From assembly GCA_050230475.1 (NCBI GenBank), contig JBFLGF010000016.1, positions 124,001 to 174,903 of the forward strand: a DNA stretch of 50,903 nt, in the 5' to 3' direction. The notes beneath the pieces were generated by a model, which was not told the origin of the DNA, made no database searches, and saw nothing but the letters and a program-made list of their open reading frames with translations. This DNA comes from Ancylonema sp. (Eukaryota). Position 1 is the first letter of the stretch. Each line of letters opens with the position of its first letter. A program made the position numbers and the translations under genes. Positions 25,090 through 39,100 of this stretch are shown here, piece after piece.

Positions 25090-28000
25090 TGTGAGTGCTT
25101 TCTTCTGCCATCGATGCAAGAATAAAGCACAATTCTCTCAGACAACTCTTGAATCGACAGATCACGTCATTACAAACGTTCACACAACAAAAGTGCAACT
25201 TTGAAGTAGAAAAGTCTGATTACAGAATTCAGCATACAAGCTCAGACCTAGTACAGTCGATTGTTACCTGGTCAAAGAATCTACTGGTATTGAAACTACT
25301 TCGTCAACTGCCAATCATATCCAAGCATTCTGCCACATCAACTAGTTCTTATCGACACTTGTGCCAGATGGCCAAGCTAATCATTGAAACAAGGACATCG
25401 GCCTGCAGCCGGCCTGCAGCCTGCCTGCAGCCTGCATTTTCTAAATAACGACAAAACTAAAGCTAAATTCCCGGTATTGCTAAAATCGATATAACGACAA
25501 AAGTTCACAGCCCCTAAAAACTACACCCCCTCCCTGGGTACTTTTGTATTCCCCCTCCAAAAACGATAACCAAAACGTATCGATTTTACAAACACAAGTC
25601 GACAAAAAACTCACTAATACACCAGCTCCCCACCAGATCACAATTCTTCTTCAACACCTTGACAGAAACTGGTTTTGTCAACATATCAGCAGCCTGGTCT
25701 TCATTCTTGACAATCTGTAGACTGATCTTTTTCTTGGACACCCTCTCTCGAATGGAATGATATTTGATGTCCATGTGTTTGGAGCGCTTGTGAAAAACAG
25801 GATTCTCAGCAAGATTCAAAGAACTCTCATTGTCTCCCAACAATAGCACACCCCCCCCACCCCAATACCCAACTCCTCTTTTGCATCTGGCGCTCAAATA
25901 AATGGCCTCATATTTCTCCAGTAGCACTCAATGCCAAAAATACTTACTTTCACAGCTTGAGTGTGTGACTTGTTTCCAGGAGACCACTTTTCCAGCTCAC
26001 AGCAGCTCCTCCAGTAAGAAAGACATAGCCAGTTCTCCCCTTCCTAGTGTCGACGTCGTCACCATGACTAGCATCTGAGTAGCCGATGACTGGCAAATCA
26101 CCTCCTTTCTTATACATCAGCCCCAAATTGACAGTTCCCTTGAGATATCGCAAAACTCTCTTTACCCCCTCCCAATGCTTGTCCCCTGGCTGCTGACTGT
26201 ATCGACACAAGGAGTTAACAGCAGCTGCCAGATCAGTCTTGTTCCAGAAGTGAGATACAGCAAACTGCCCATTGCAGACTTGTAGCCCACACCCTCTATA
26301 CAGATCCAGAAGCAGATTCACAGTTAGTTTGCAGAAAATTTTACACCCAGCTCAAGAGGAGCATCATCAGGATACCATTCTAGACCAGCTTCCAGATGAT
26401 CTTCGTCTTCATCGCCTCCACTAGAATTGCTGACAAGTTCTGGAAGATCTGCACTCTGAGGAAGAGGGGATCTCGGAAGCTGTGGCAATGGATCTCCCAC
26501 AGCATCAGGGATCTCTTCATCGACAGAATTTGGATCGCCATAGGCAGGTTGCCCACCTGCAGAAACCACTTCCAGAAATGCCCCCTCCGAGGCCAACACT
26601 ACCCCCTCCTGCTCCTTGATCAGCTGCATCCAGATTTTTTTTTCTGCAACTGGCTCATGCACTCTTGCCTTCTTGCCAATTTTCTGACCCCTCCACCAGC
26701 TTTGCTTGACAGATTCATCGAAGTCTGCATGACCAGTGCCAGGTATTTTGATCGTTGCAGGATCCCAGACTCGGTAGCAAGGAGTGTCGGGATTCCATCC
26801 AACTAACACACCAAGCCAAGCCAGCGCACTCATTTTCCCAGCCCGATTTCCACCCAGGATTTTCGGCTGTATTCATCGACGAGCACCATGTTGTACACTC
26901 CTTCCCGTATTGATGCTGGATTGAACGGCCCTGCCAAGTCCACCGACACTCTTCACAGGCTGACTTGTTCTCCTTCACCAACTTCTCGTCGAGGATGAGG
27001 TTTGTCGTGTGCCTTCCCGAGCTTGCACCCTTCACCGTTTTGCAGAACTCCTGAGATGCCTCCTTCCTGTCCTCGTACAAGATGTTGTCGTGCCACATTT
27101 TTGAGCACTCTCTCATTTGCATGCCCAAGTCTTGTGTGGAGGAGGTTGATTTCGACAGCAGCTACAACAGCAGCTTCCCCTTCAGTAAGTTGCTGATGTC
27201 GAGGTGTGCAGATTAGAGTTTTTCGACCTGTCGATGTTTCGTGCAGAGTGCAGACTTGTTGTCCAAATTTGTTGTAAACTATAATGATGCCACCAGCTTT
27301 TCCACTGCAAGTGTAAGACCACCCTGCTTCTCTGGCTTTCTCACCGCTGAACAAATTAATGCGCATCCCAGGAATGTACAAACATATCTTGAGTGTTACT
27401 CCTCCACACTCTCCCTCAGTATTCAACTCAATTGTTCCCCACTGCTTCACTCGCACACTTCCGACCAGATGATGAATGATGACCTCGTGTGGAATGTCTT
27501 CGATGATTTTGAAAAGATTTTTTATGCCCACAAGAATGGTGACTGGAACCATCGTCGAAAAGGAAATCTTTCTCTGCATCATCATCATCTGCAACATTTC
27601 CTTCACAAATTTTGGAGCGATGATAGCTTCTGCATGACCACAGCTCTTCCCTTGATCGATTTCGCCAACGAAAGCTCTTTTTCTCCCAGTGCGTACCCTC
27701 TTTCTCTGCATTCGTGGAGCTTCGTTTTTCTTGTCGAAACATGTTAATTCCACATGACCAATGGCTCCACAATATTTGCATTCTTCGTTTTTCTTGGGTC
27801 AGTCTCTGCTGTAGTGACCTGTCTCTCCACAAGTATAGCAGGAATGTCCTCCACTTGATCCACTGCCTCCACCTGTGCCTCCACGACCACCTCTGATTCC
27901 ACGATTATCTGCCGAATACCCCCTGAATGTACCCCTGCCTCCACGATTGTCGATACCACCACCTCTGTCTTGGCTCCACGTAGCATAGTTTGCCTCTACA

Positions 28001-29105
28001 ACTAGTGCCTCAGCATCTTTTACATCTTTTTCTTTCTTGTCGTCCAGCTCATCCATTCCCATCTGCCCCCAGATCCAGCTGATCCCAGGTGCCTCTTTCT
28101 GTCCATAGTAAAGCTTCTTCAACATGCCGTATTTTGTTCTTGACCGTATTTTGCTCTTGACATGCCAGCAAACAATGCCATCACCTTATCTTCTGCGCTG
28201 ACTGGAAATTTTTGATGTACACACTCTCTGATGATCGACAGAGAAGTATTCTTGATTTCTCTGGATCTTGAAAGATTTCAGCTTTTCTTTTGCAATCTGT
28301 CGAAGTTCTGGAGACACCTTGTCATACTCCTCTGTCAGATAGTCCCACATCGCCGTTGGATCTCGTTCAAATTGTTCAAGTGATGTAGCGATGTCGTCAC
28401 TGACAAATTGCATGAGTAGCATGACTGCCTTCTTTGATATTTTGCGGAAGCTTCTGACATCAAGTGTATACTGCTCCATTTCTGCTTCATTTGTTGGCCA
28501 GTGTTCATCATCGTATCTGGCTGTAACCTCAGTTGGAATAGTCTTTGTTTCTTTGCAAATCTCAAGGCACTCAGCATCATCAAGAGTAGCTGAGGCCTTA
28601 GATCTCCATGCTTGAAAGGTAACTTTATCTCCATCCAGAATGCAGTACCGCTCTGATACCACTGTGAGTGCTTTCTTCACCGCCATCGATGCAAGAATAA
28701 AGCACAATTCTCTCAGACACTCTTGAATCGACAGATCACGTCATTACAAACGTTTGACACAACAAAAGAGCAAGTTTGAAGTAGAAAAGTCTGATTACAG
28801 AATTCGGCATACAAGCTCAGACCTAGTACAATCAATTGTTGCCTGGTCAAAGAATCTACTGGTATCGAAACTACTTCGTCAACTGCCAATCATATCCAAG
28901 CATTCTGCCACATCAACTAGTTCTTATCGACACTTGTGCCAGATGATGGCCAAGTAATCATTGAAACAAGGACATCGGCCTGCACAGCCGGCCTGCAGCC
29001 TACCTGCAGCCTGCATTTGTTGAATAACGACAAAACTAAAGCTAAATTCCCGGTATTGCTAAAATCGATATAACGACAAAAGTTCACAGCCCCTAAAAAC
29101 TAACA
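25090..29105 (-). mobile_element. Internally deleted Ty1/Copia LTR retrotransposon with both LTRs (28663-29105 and 25090-25525)
   Basis: TG...CA LTRs roughly 95% alike by eye. 5-bp TSD GTTAG at 25085-25089 and 29106-29110. tRNA-iMet PBS TGGTATCAGAGC at 28650-28661; PPT at 25526-25534. Coding remnants: gag, CYTCGETGHYSRD knuckle, protease-like FDDGSSHH, pre-integrase LHTRLGH, GVLVGWNPDTPCYRVWDP, RNase H GYSDASH...DNESS...HKRSKHMDIKYH...DQAADMLTKP. Integrase core and most of RT are missing. Confidence 0.95.
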
Positions 29106-31121
29106 GTTAGGGTACGGGAAACAACAGAGTGCAACCCACATGTGATGGAATTCTTTGAGAAAACTCATAGACACTTTTGTATACGAAGATAATTTCGAAC
29201 CTTCGTAATCTTCATGCCGTCTACAAGGATAACCTCCGTTTTGAAGCGTTCTGATCACTCAATGAGAAACCTCGATACTTCTAGTCTTCTTCTTCTTTAT
29301 CTTGTTTTTCTTCTTGTGCATAGAAAACAAGAGCAAGGAAAACAAGGGCTTCAAAGCACTAGCGGGCCAGGTGGCTGCTACGATTTGCCAAACCTGAGTG
29401 GTGTTGCTAGGAGCTACTACAATGCCAAATCAGCATAAACAACCAAGTCAATCATCTCCGATGATCCTTGGTAGAATGAGCCGATAGTAGAGAAGCAAAA
29501 GTGGTGCTCCGACAAAGGCCAACAATGCATTCTTCTTCAATGCGCCTCGCCCATCTGCAACCAACACAAGGTCGTCTGTTAAAAATATGAAGAATGCGTG
29601 AGACTTGTCGTAACTTATTCTTCCCAAAACTTTGTTTCACACTCTCAAGGCGACACCGTATCATTGCAATGACACATATCCGTGCTTGATGGATGGACGA
29701 CTTGAAACCTTCTCGCTTCACCACGCCCCTAAACTTCATGATCATTTGAAGACAGATTTTTGGCAAACATGGCCAGAAACCGTCACCATGGCAAGCACAT
29801 ATCAGAAAGATGGAGAGCCAAAACTGTGCCTCAATCTTTAGAACCAGCACGTCTCTCTATCAGCACCACTGTCAAGAGAAACTTGCACCTGCGAAGGCTC
29901 CCAGATTTCACAGATTTGTGCAGACTAGTGACTTAAGAGCATCCGGCCACACCCTAGTATTGAACTTAAGCATTTGCTTCCAAGTAAGCTGATCCAATTG
30001 CACGAGAACATATGTAATACCTCGTGTCTTCTGCCTTTGCAAATAAGCACCAGGAGAAAATTTCAGGTTCTGCTAAAATTAGGCTGTCTGCTCCCGCCCA
30101 TATATTTAATATCCTGGATGTCAATCACTAGTGGTGAAGAATGAATTAGATTCCTGATTCGGCCAATACTTCGATATACACGGCAAATACCATCATCCAG
30201 CCGGGTCATACAGGGCAACACACAGTGTCACCCAACCAAAGGCTATAGTTCGACGTTCCACGAACACTGCAATGTGTGTCGTTACGACATGCCCTTCAGC
30301 CCTTCTTTAGACTGCATCATATGTATTAGTTCCATCATCAGAGGAGCAGCGGATGTATGACGATCACTTCAATAATGTCAGCGAAATTATTTTTGAGCTA
30401 CATGACTGTAAGTATAACCTGTAATCACCAGTCGGTCAAGTGAGGTCTTTTGAGAAGTGGAAGTTCTATCAACCTAACATGCAAAATCAGCAGGCCAGCA
30501 ATATTTTTGATATATCTAACCATGTCGCAACCGACTGACAATACATCACGCTGCTGTCTTGGAGTTTCTCCAGTAGTCCGCATTTCGTGTGGTCAGAATA
30601 AAAAGTCTCATAAGATGAACAGCATAACCCAGTCGACTCATTATCCATGTCCAACAAAAACCTCCCAGGCTGCAGAAATCATCAAATACGTACATAGGAA
30701 GGGTTGACGATGTTTTTCAACAATAAGACTACTATATGGGTAGTCCTGCGGGTATTTTTCAATATCAAAGTAAAACATTGCGGTACAGTCTTTGCATAAG
30801 CTGGAAAGCAACGTAATGCACGGATGAACCAGTTGACGCATCTCCATCTGGTCGTGTGCCATCCCTGACGCTGACCACGGTTTCACACCTTCTTTCGACG
30901 CGAGAAATGTCAAAACGTGGAACAGTAAAATTTGGAACAGAGGAAAGTGACACCTATTTTTACGTGCGAGAAGAGCTTCCCTGATTTCCAATTTACAATG
31001 ATGTGCCTTGAAACCCTAGGTCAGACGTATGTGTATATCACAGACAGAGAAACAGTCAAAGGGAGACATACTATCAGACACGGGTCGTTGTACGGGTCGT
31101 ACAACATGAAGCTGCACTCAC

Positions 31122-31344
31122 CGTCAACAAGTTGGAGGTCATATTTTCCAGCTGCCAAACTCGGCCCTGCGACCATTATAGCGCCATCTTCAGCTCGCTT
31201 CAGAATAAACCGAGATCCTTTGTGCAAGTGGAAGCTTGCTGCGATGATGGCATTCACATCGTCAGCTGTCTGTGCGGCCGAAACATCCAGAATAACAGAA
31301 TCTTCTTTGTACAAAATACTGATATTCGCTTGAACTGCGGTCAT
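31122..31344 (-). pseudogene. Possible first exon of an unidentified, probably decayed gene (MTAVQANISILYKEDSVILDV...KYDLQLVDG)
   Basis: ATG-initiated, protein-like 74-codon stretch ending at a G|GTGAGT donor. Candidate downstream exon frames (~30870-30150) contain stops. No family recognised. Confidence 0.3.
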
Positions 31345-32053
31345 TGCACCTGGTTACTAGTTCGTACACCGGCTACGAGAGTCACCAACTCTCCATAATC
31401 ACGTACTCACCCACGTATTTAATCTACCTGCTCGACAGTTTTCCGATCAAACGTTAGTCGAGGAAATTCAAGAAATATCACCTCGAGCTATTTTTTATTT
31501 GCTTTCAGGACAAACAATTTCTTTGATAAACAATTTCATTGTTAGTCTTTAAAAAAGCTGCAATCACAAGACGTCACAATCTGTAATCTTGAATTGCTCG
31601 TCCGTGACAGTCGTCCCCTGCCAGGAAAGGCTCCACGGTCGCTGTCTTCGGTCGACGGACACTGGATGCCAGTGGCCTGGACTGCCGATGTGCTGGTAGC
31701 CGTGCATTGCGTACACGTGGCAATTTTCATGCGAGTCATATGGGTCATTGAGTCAATTCAATATCGCCACTTGGCGTAAGTCTTTACGCCAGAACTCTGC
31801 TAACTTGGCGCCATGCTTCTGACCGAATTACCATATTTCGCCACTACTTGCGCCGGTATGGTTGCTCTCCAGGCTGTAGGACTAATAACATCACTCCTCA
31901 CAGTAAAGTCAATTGATTGCAGCAAAGCTACTTCGCCACTGCAAGCTGCTCGTAGTAAGCGAAGAGCCTCTTCGGAAAGATCAAGTTGCCACTTTATCTC
32001 AGAGCGAATTGCACCAAGGCTAAAATCTGACAGAGTTCTTGAATAAAGTGGGA

Positions 32054-33114
32054 ATGTCCATGAGAAGAATACCTGTCCAATTGTCGATGCAGCACTCTCG
32101 TGCGATGATTTTCCTGGCCCAGCCTAATGTTTACAACCCATCTCGTCCTTCCTCCCGATTTTCTGGGTGCTCATTCGGGCCATTGACCTCTTGCCGCAAG
32201 CTCTCTTCCCGCCGTTTTGAATTTCTACATGTCCCAACCTCGCTAATGTGGTCACACAGCGGGAGGGGAACTAGCGTCCTAGGTGTTTCTCCCATGTCGC
32301 CAAGCCCCTATTTTTATCCAAAGAAATTCTCGCAGGGGCATGATTTTACGTGTGTTAAGAAAATTGTGCCGTTGAAAACCGGTCGCCCATCTGCCCAGAC
32401 ATTTGAAGAGGCATCTAGTGCATCAGCTAGTCCAGGACCAATTCCGGACCCTGGATTTTTTTGCGACTTTTCACACCAGATTCTCAACAATCCGAGTAAT
32501 GTGAGCCGTCCGTTTTCTCTCTTCGCTAATTAACGGCCTATTTGTAGTGACGGAATCTGCTTACTTTCAAAAAGAAGAAGAAAAATGGAACTGCTGCCTG
32601 TAAGCACATCCTGATTATGATTTTTAATTGTTTAATAACGACACTGAGTTGCAAAGCACACTCTTGAACCAAAGGAATCATGAAATCTTAAAATAAAGAA
32701 ATGTTAAAACAGTAAAATAATCAAAAAGAAGAAGAAAAATGGAACTGCTGCCTGTAAGCACATCCTGATTATGATTTTTAATTGTTTAATAACGACACTG
32801 AGTTGCAAAGCACACTCTTGGATCTTGATACCTTCCAAGTCTCTACAAATAAAAACAAGATCCACTATTGTTTCACTACATTCATCTATGAATCCCCCCT
32901 CCTCCATGCCACCAAACACAACTCCCCTCATCTCCTTCCATGCTTCCCCCCCACCAACCACAGCGTCAGTCCCCGTGTCCCTCCTCCTCCTTCCTTTCCA
33001 ACCATCACCTTATCCCGCCTTCTTTCATCTTCCAGAACCCCCAGTCCCCAGTCCCCAATCCACAGTCCCCATTCCCCAGTCCCCAGTCCCCAGTCCCCGG
33101 TCCCCAGTCCCAGT

Positions 33115-33147
<33 letters not shown>

Positions 33148-36100
33148 CCAAACTCAGCGTTATCGACTCCTCCCTCCTCCCGAATCCCCCCTTGCTTAGC
33201 TCCTGAGTCCCCCCTGAGTGCTTCCTTCCTTTCTTTCAGCTCCACTACGGCGTGTGTGCGTGCGACGTGGATGGGGATGGACACGTGGAGTTTTTCGTGT
33301 GCGGATTCGGAGCGCCCAATGTGGTCCTCAAAGTGAGTCCCCTCTCTCTTCTGCTGCAAAACCGAGTTACAGAATCTCTCATGCACTTGTAAACCTTCAC
33401 ATGAAGTTCTTCTTTTCTACCCTCCTGAAACATTTCCGCTTTTGCTGCACGTGTACCATTTTCTGCCTGTGTCTCGGACCGTTTTCCGAACTAAAACCGT
33501 TTGTTTACGTTGCCTTCTGCATTCTTTCGGTATCGTCTATCTACTACGACCCCCAATCAACAATCATCAGTGTGTTCAATGTGTGTTTCTTTCGTGTTTC
33601 TTCCCTCCTTTCCCCGGTGCCCCTCCCTGTCTACTCCCCCTACAGTGGACGGGTAGTGCCTTACTAGACATTGCTGCTGGCACCCCATTGGCCGATCCCA
33701 CTTGTCACTCCATAGGAGTGGCTGCAGCAGACTTTGATGGGGACGGCAGGGAAGAGGTTGGGGCAGCAGGGGGGGGGTGTGGGGCTGGGGTATCCGCCTC
33801 ACATATTGGATGCCCTGAGAAGTATGTGCTGAATTGTGGTTGGATGATCATGGTACTGGTAGGGACTTTCTTCTTCTCCTTTCTTATTTTATTTTGAGCA
33901 GTTTTTCTTTGAACTCCCCATAGAAGCCTTGATGTATAAATTTGTTCAAAGTCAATGAGAGTACAGAAGGACACCAAGGGTTTGTGGTGGGGGTGTGTTA
34001 AGTTTTGATCATGGGAAAGGGAGGACTGGGAGCGAGTAGAGGAGAGAGGATCTTCATGTGCTGATCAATCATAGACACTTTTGTACTCTTGGCTTTCATT
34101 CATGTCTTCTCGAAGTCAGCAAATTGGAGGTTCCGAGGCTTATAGACTCCGTGCTGACGTCATCGCCACGTGTCCCCCCTCCCCAGGTGTATGTTCTGAA
34201 CACGGACACCTTTGGGGGGCGGAAACGGGTCACAGACCGACTCTTTGACAGCCAAGAAGATGGGTAAACCGCTCTCCTCCCCCTCCCCTTCCCCCTCCCC
34301 ACTACGATTCCGAACCCATTAAAACTCATAAGGAAAACTGAAAAAAAACAGTTAAAAAAAAACGCTCCCCTCCCCCTCCTCCATCCCACTCCGAAATCCG
34401 AACCCAGCAAAAGTCAACAGGAGACACAAAGACCCTCAAGGACCTTGGGGAGTAGTGGCAGAAAGGAAGTAGTCAACAGTGACAGTTGACTTTCTGTGTC
34501 CTCCTGAATCTGATTCCCCTGCCAGCTGTCGCTCCTCCGTCCGTCCAGGTGGCATGACCTCTTCTCCCTCCCCCAGAATTTGGACGACGCCAACGTGTGC
34601 GCGGGGAGATCCGTGTGCGCAGTCGATAGGAAAGGGACGGGGGTGTGAGTGGTGATAACCCCTCTTCATCAATACATCAATACATCAATACATCAATCCA
34701 TCAATACATCAATACATCAATACATCAATACATCAATACAGCGTGCGTATGCCTACAGATGCTGCTCTGGCGCATGGGATCGGATTGTGCACTTGTCCTG
34801 TGCCAGCTGGCGCAGCCTGATTGGTCGTTGGGGGATGTGCAGGTACGGGTTTTTCGTGGCCAACTATGGGGGGGTCATGAAGGTATCTATCCCTTCGCTC
34901 CTCCCCAATCAACACTGTCGATTTCAAACCTGAATATGGACCTGAACCTGAAACCGACTCTCAAATCCCAGTCCTCAGGAGGTCGGTTTGTTCTAGTTTT
35001 TTTTTCCAAGTATCGTTTTTCCTGTGCCCCTTTGATTATAATTAACTCCTCAGCCCCAGTCAGGCAAGTTTTAACACGTCACATCCCTTTCCCCCTTCCC
35101 CCCTTCCCCCCTTCCCCCCTTCCCCCCTTCCCCCCTTCCCCCCTTCCCCCCTTCCCCCTTTTCTGCCTCTCTTTCTCTCCCCGTCTCCCCCTTGCCCCCC
35201 TCTCTGCCTCTCCGCCTCTCTCCCTTCCCCCCTTTTCTGCCCCTCTCCCTTCCCCGCTTTTTGCCTTCCTCCCCCCCCCCCCTGTTTACCCTCCCCATCA
35301 CTTTAGCTGTTTGAGTTGTCCCCCGACGGCATCATCGGCGACTCCGCCTCGGAGGCGGGTTTGGTGCAGTACCCCACAGGGGGGAGGGCGCTAATGGCAC
35401 TGCCGCTAGTGTCCCAAAGCGCCATGGATATATTCGCAGGGAATGAGGTGGGAGCAGGACGGATTCCCACCCCGCCCTCCCTCCCTCCCTCCCTTTCTTC
35501 CTGTTTTCCATCCCACCTACCCACCCACCCACCCTCCCTCCCTCCCTTCCTGCTTTCTATCCCACCCTCCCACCCTCCCACCCTCCCACCCTCCCTCCCT
35601 CCCTTTTTGCTGGTTTTTTTAAGCCCGTGGGTTGCGGAAATTGAGATGCAATTACACCTCATTTTTTCTTACAATCTTATAAGCCACCGATTGGTGGGTT
35701 ACAAGATTCTGGTTCCCTCTTTTCTGATTCTTTTTTTTGTCCCGCAGGGCTCTCCAAACTTTCTGTTTGTGAATAAGGGGGACGGGTCAGGGGAGTATGT
35801 GGAGAGTGCAGCCGCCTATGGGTGAGGGTCGAAGCTGTACTTAGATCATATCTGTTGTTACCATGATAAGCAATGTTTAGTGAAACTATGATGAGTGATA
35901 CATACTGATATTTTTTACTATGATCAGTGATATCTTTTGTTACTCTCCACTTCTCGCCATCCCAAGACACCCTTTCTGAGTTCCAAAACCCAAGAGAAAA
36001 CAGTCCAGTTCAATAATTTCCCCATTAGAATACTCTCATCAAGCAGCCACTAGTACTATGCCCCCCCCCCCTCTCGCCTGCCACCCGTCCCCTCATTCAG

Positions 36101-39100
36101 TTTAATGGACTCTTCTCACCACTGCCGCGGCGTTGCTGTGCTGGACTGCCACGCGTCAGACCACATGGGGATGGTCACAGGGAACTGGGAGGTACGACAG
36201 GTGGCACATGGTGGACACGTGGCACATTGTGGTCCGCATGTGGTTTCCAATGCCGCAGCGGGGAAACGGGAAGTTTGAGGCGTGAATGCAGAGGAATGGA
36301 AGGGAAATGGACAAACTGCGAAATTGGACAGGGAGAATCACGGGGGGAGGGGCGGGTGGGGTGGGGGGGGAACCCAAAAATCGCTTGAAGAAAACATTAA
36401 GTGAAAAGAACAGTCTCTGTAATTGAAACCGGTCAGCGAAAAGAGCACACAACATCAAAAACGTTTTTACCTGAACCAGCCCAAGGGCGATTTCGCAGAT
36501 CCATCCCCCCCCCCTCCGCCATTTCCCCCCAGGGTCCCCATCGTCTGTTCCTCAAATCCGGCGCGGGTCCCGTAGGGGGTGCCACCGCACTGGGGTTCAC
36601 TGGCGCATCCCCCGAAGAGGGGGGGTACAGGGACGAGGCACCCCCCGACATGGCGCTGCCGTCACGCGTGAGAACGGTTATCGCGGCGGATTTCGATAAT
36701 GACGGCCACGAGGAACTGTTTTTCCAGAATATCGGGCAGCCCAATCGGCTGTTTCGGCAGGTGGGGGGGGGGGGGGGATGGGTACTCGTTCCGAATTCCG
36801 AGCGCCGGAATTCCGGATTTGGAAATAGTAGTCAGCTTTCAGCGTGGATTGTAGTTGGGGTTGGTCTGTTTTGGTGGGGGGGGAGTGGTTTGGATTGATA
36901 AAGATGAGAGGGATGAGATGGGGGTTGATGAGGTGGGGAGTTTTCGGGTCTGGTGTGGGGATTCAACAGGGTCTGCAACCATTGTTTTGGGATGCTTTTT
37001 AATGTGGGGTTTATTTTTTTAAGGTCTGAATCCGGAAATAAGAGAGGGATGAGGTGGGGGAAACCCACCCCATTGGTTTGCTTCGTTTTCACATGTGCGA
37101 ATCTGCGACGGGATTGGTGGACAGGATGGTGCGGGTGTGTGGAGTGAGGTGGCCCTAGGGTCGGCTGTCGAGGCACAGGGGTTGGGAACCGGGGGGGCCG
37201 TGGCGGATATCGACGGAGATGGAAGACTAGAGCTGCTGCTGTAAGGACGGGGGTCTAAAAAACTTATGGGAAGGACTAAAAAAATCTGCACTTCTGTGTA
37301 TCTGCACATCCCACAGATCCGTATCTCTGCATTCCTGCATGTTTGTATCTGGAATTCTGTACACCTGTACACTACTGTATCTCTGTCCCTGTACGTGTCC
37401 CTCAATGTCCCTGAGTGTGACCTGGGTGTGCCCTGGGTACGCCCAGGTCCCACGGGGAGTCGGGTGCCCAACCCCTGTCCCTGTACCGAGCGCAGGCCAA
37501 TGAGAACCATTGGGTGAGGGTGCAGCCGCTCACCAAACAGGTGGAGGAGGGGGATGGGGGGAGGGGGGGGGGGGTGGAGGGGGGGGTGCGGGGGGGGTAT
37601 TTGGAAGATTGTAATTGCTGACTCTATGGTGTATATGCAAGAGATAAAAATTGTGCTAGTAGTGAAGCGAGTAGTAGTGGATAAGGGATAAAATACCAAA
37701 TCCCAAAATAAAATCTCTTGGATACTTTCCCACACTTGGAAAGCCCAAGTGGTGACAGACGTTGAAAGTTATGTTTGCTTTATTGCTTCATTGGTTCAGG
37801 GGGCTCCCGCTAGAGGCGCTTCTGTGAAGATTCGGGACGAGCGGGGGAGGTGGCAGAAGCGAGTCATAGACGCCGGCAGGTCTGTTTTTTTTTTTTTGGG
37901 TTTTTTTCCCGTGCCTTTTGTTGTACTTTTTTCTTTCATCCCCCCCCCCCCCCCCCCCGCCCCTTGTTTGTTGTTGCTTTTTTTTTTTTTTTTTTTTTTT
38001 CTTGCTTATTCCTTTTATCTCTCTTTTGTTGGTGTTCTTCTCCATCTCTGCCGTCCGTAAATTCAAGGCTGTTTTTTTATCTGTGGTGGGTGTTGGGTGC
38101 AGCGGGTATCTCTGTTGTATGGAGGTCAGTCTTTCACAGATCCGCACTCAAACCGCGAGAGTAGCAAAACAGCACGAAAGCAATATTGCAAAGAGGCAAA
38201 AAAAAACATCTTACCTCAAAAGTGTTGATCACTCCCAAAGATTGCGAACTGCACAACCCAACACTTGCACACGACATGCACTCGTTTGCATAACGACCTT
38301 ACAATCCAATTCTGAAACACGGCAATCCAATCCAATTCCAATCCAATCCAATTCCAATCCAATCCAATCCAATTTTACGAAAAGGCGTACACTGCTAGTA
38401 CATGTGTTCAGCCATTTCCCAAATGGCCGTAAACATGTCCACCCAGCATACAGTCGCTTGGAAGTTGAGGCTACAAAATTAAAAAAAGGCAGTGATTTCT
38501 TTCCAAACGGTCATCTTCCACTCGGCACCACTCGTCAAAATTTGGTGTGTTGGCGTTTGGCTTGTGCCAAACCCGCTTGTGTGGAACCGTGGTTTGTTCA
38601 ACGTTGTATCTAGGGGGCGAATGTCTATGATGTGATGCACCATAGGTGCGCCCGTACGTATTCGGGGTCCTCCGGACACATCCCGGACACATCTCGGACA
38701 CATCCCGGACCCCGACACCTTCACCAAAATGAGGAAAACTCAAACCGATTGGTATTTCCTAGGATTGTTGTTTTTTTTCACCCTGTTGGCCCGGGACGTG
38801 TCCGAATTCTCCGGACACGTTGGACACGTCTAAGCCCGGACATGTCCACGACAAGCGCGTCCGGGACCTATATATATGTAATGCACCTGTAGTTCCATGA
38901 CGTGTTTCTCAATTAGCCAATCGAGGAGTTGGGGACACATCGATTGGGTAGCAAACAGCCCAAACGATTCGGGTTTGTAGCTTGTGAGAGCTAGTAGGAG
39001 AGATCCGAGCATGAGGCTCCACTCAAAGCCGGAAATTAAGCCTTTAGACGGGCTCCTGGGCTCCTGGGCTCGTGGTCTGGTGGCCTTGTGGGCTCACAAG

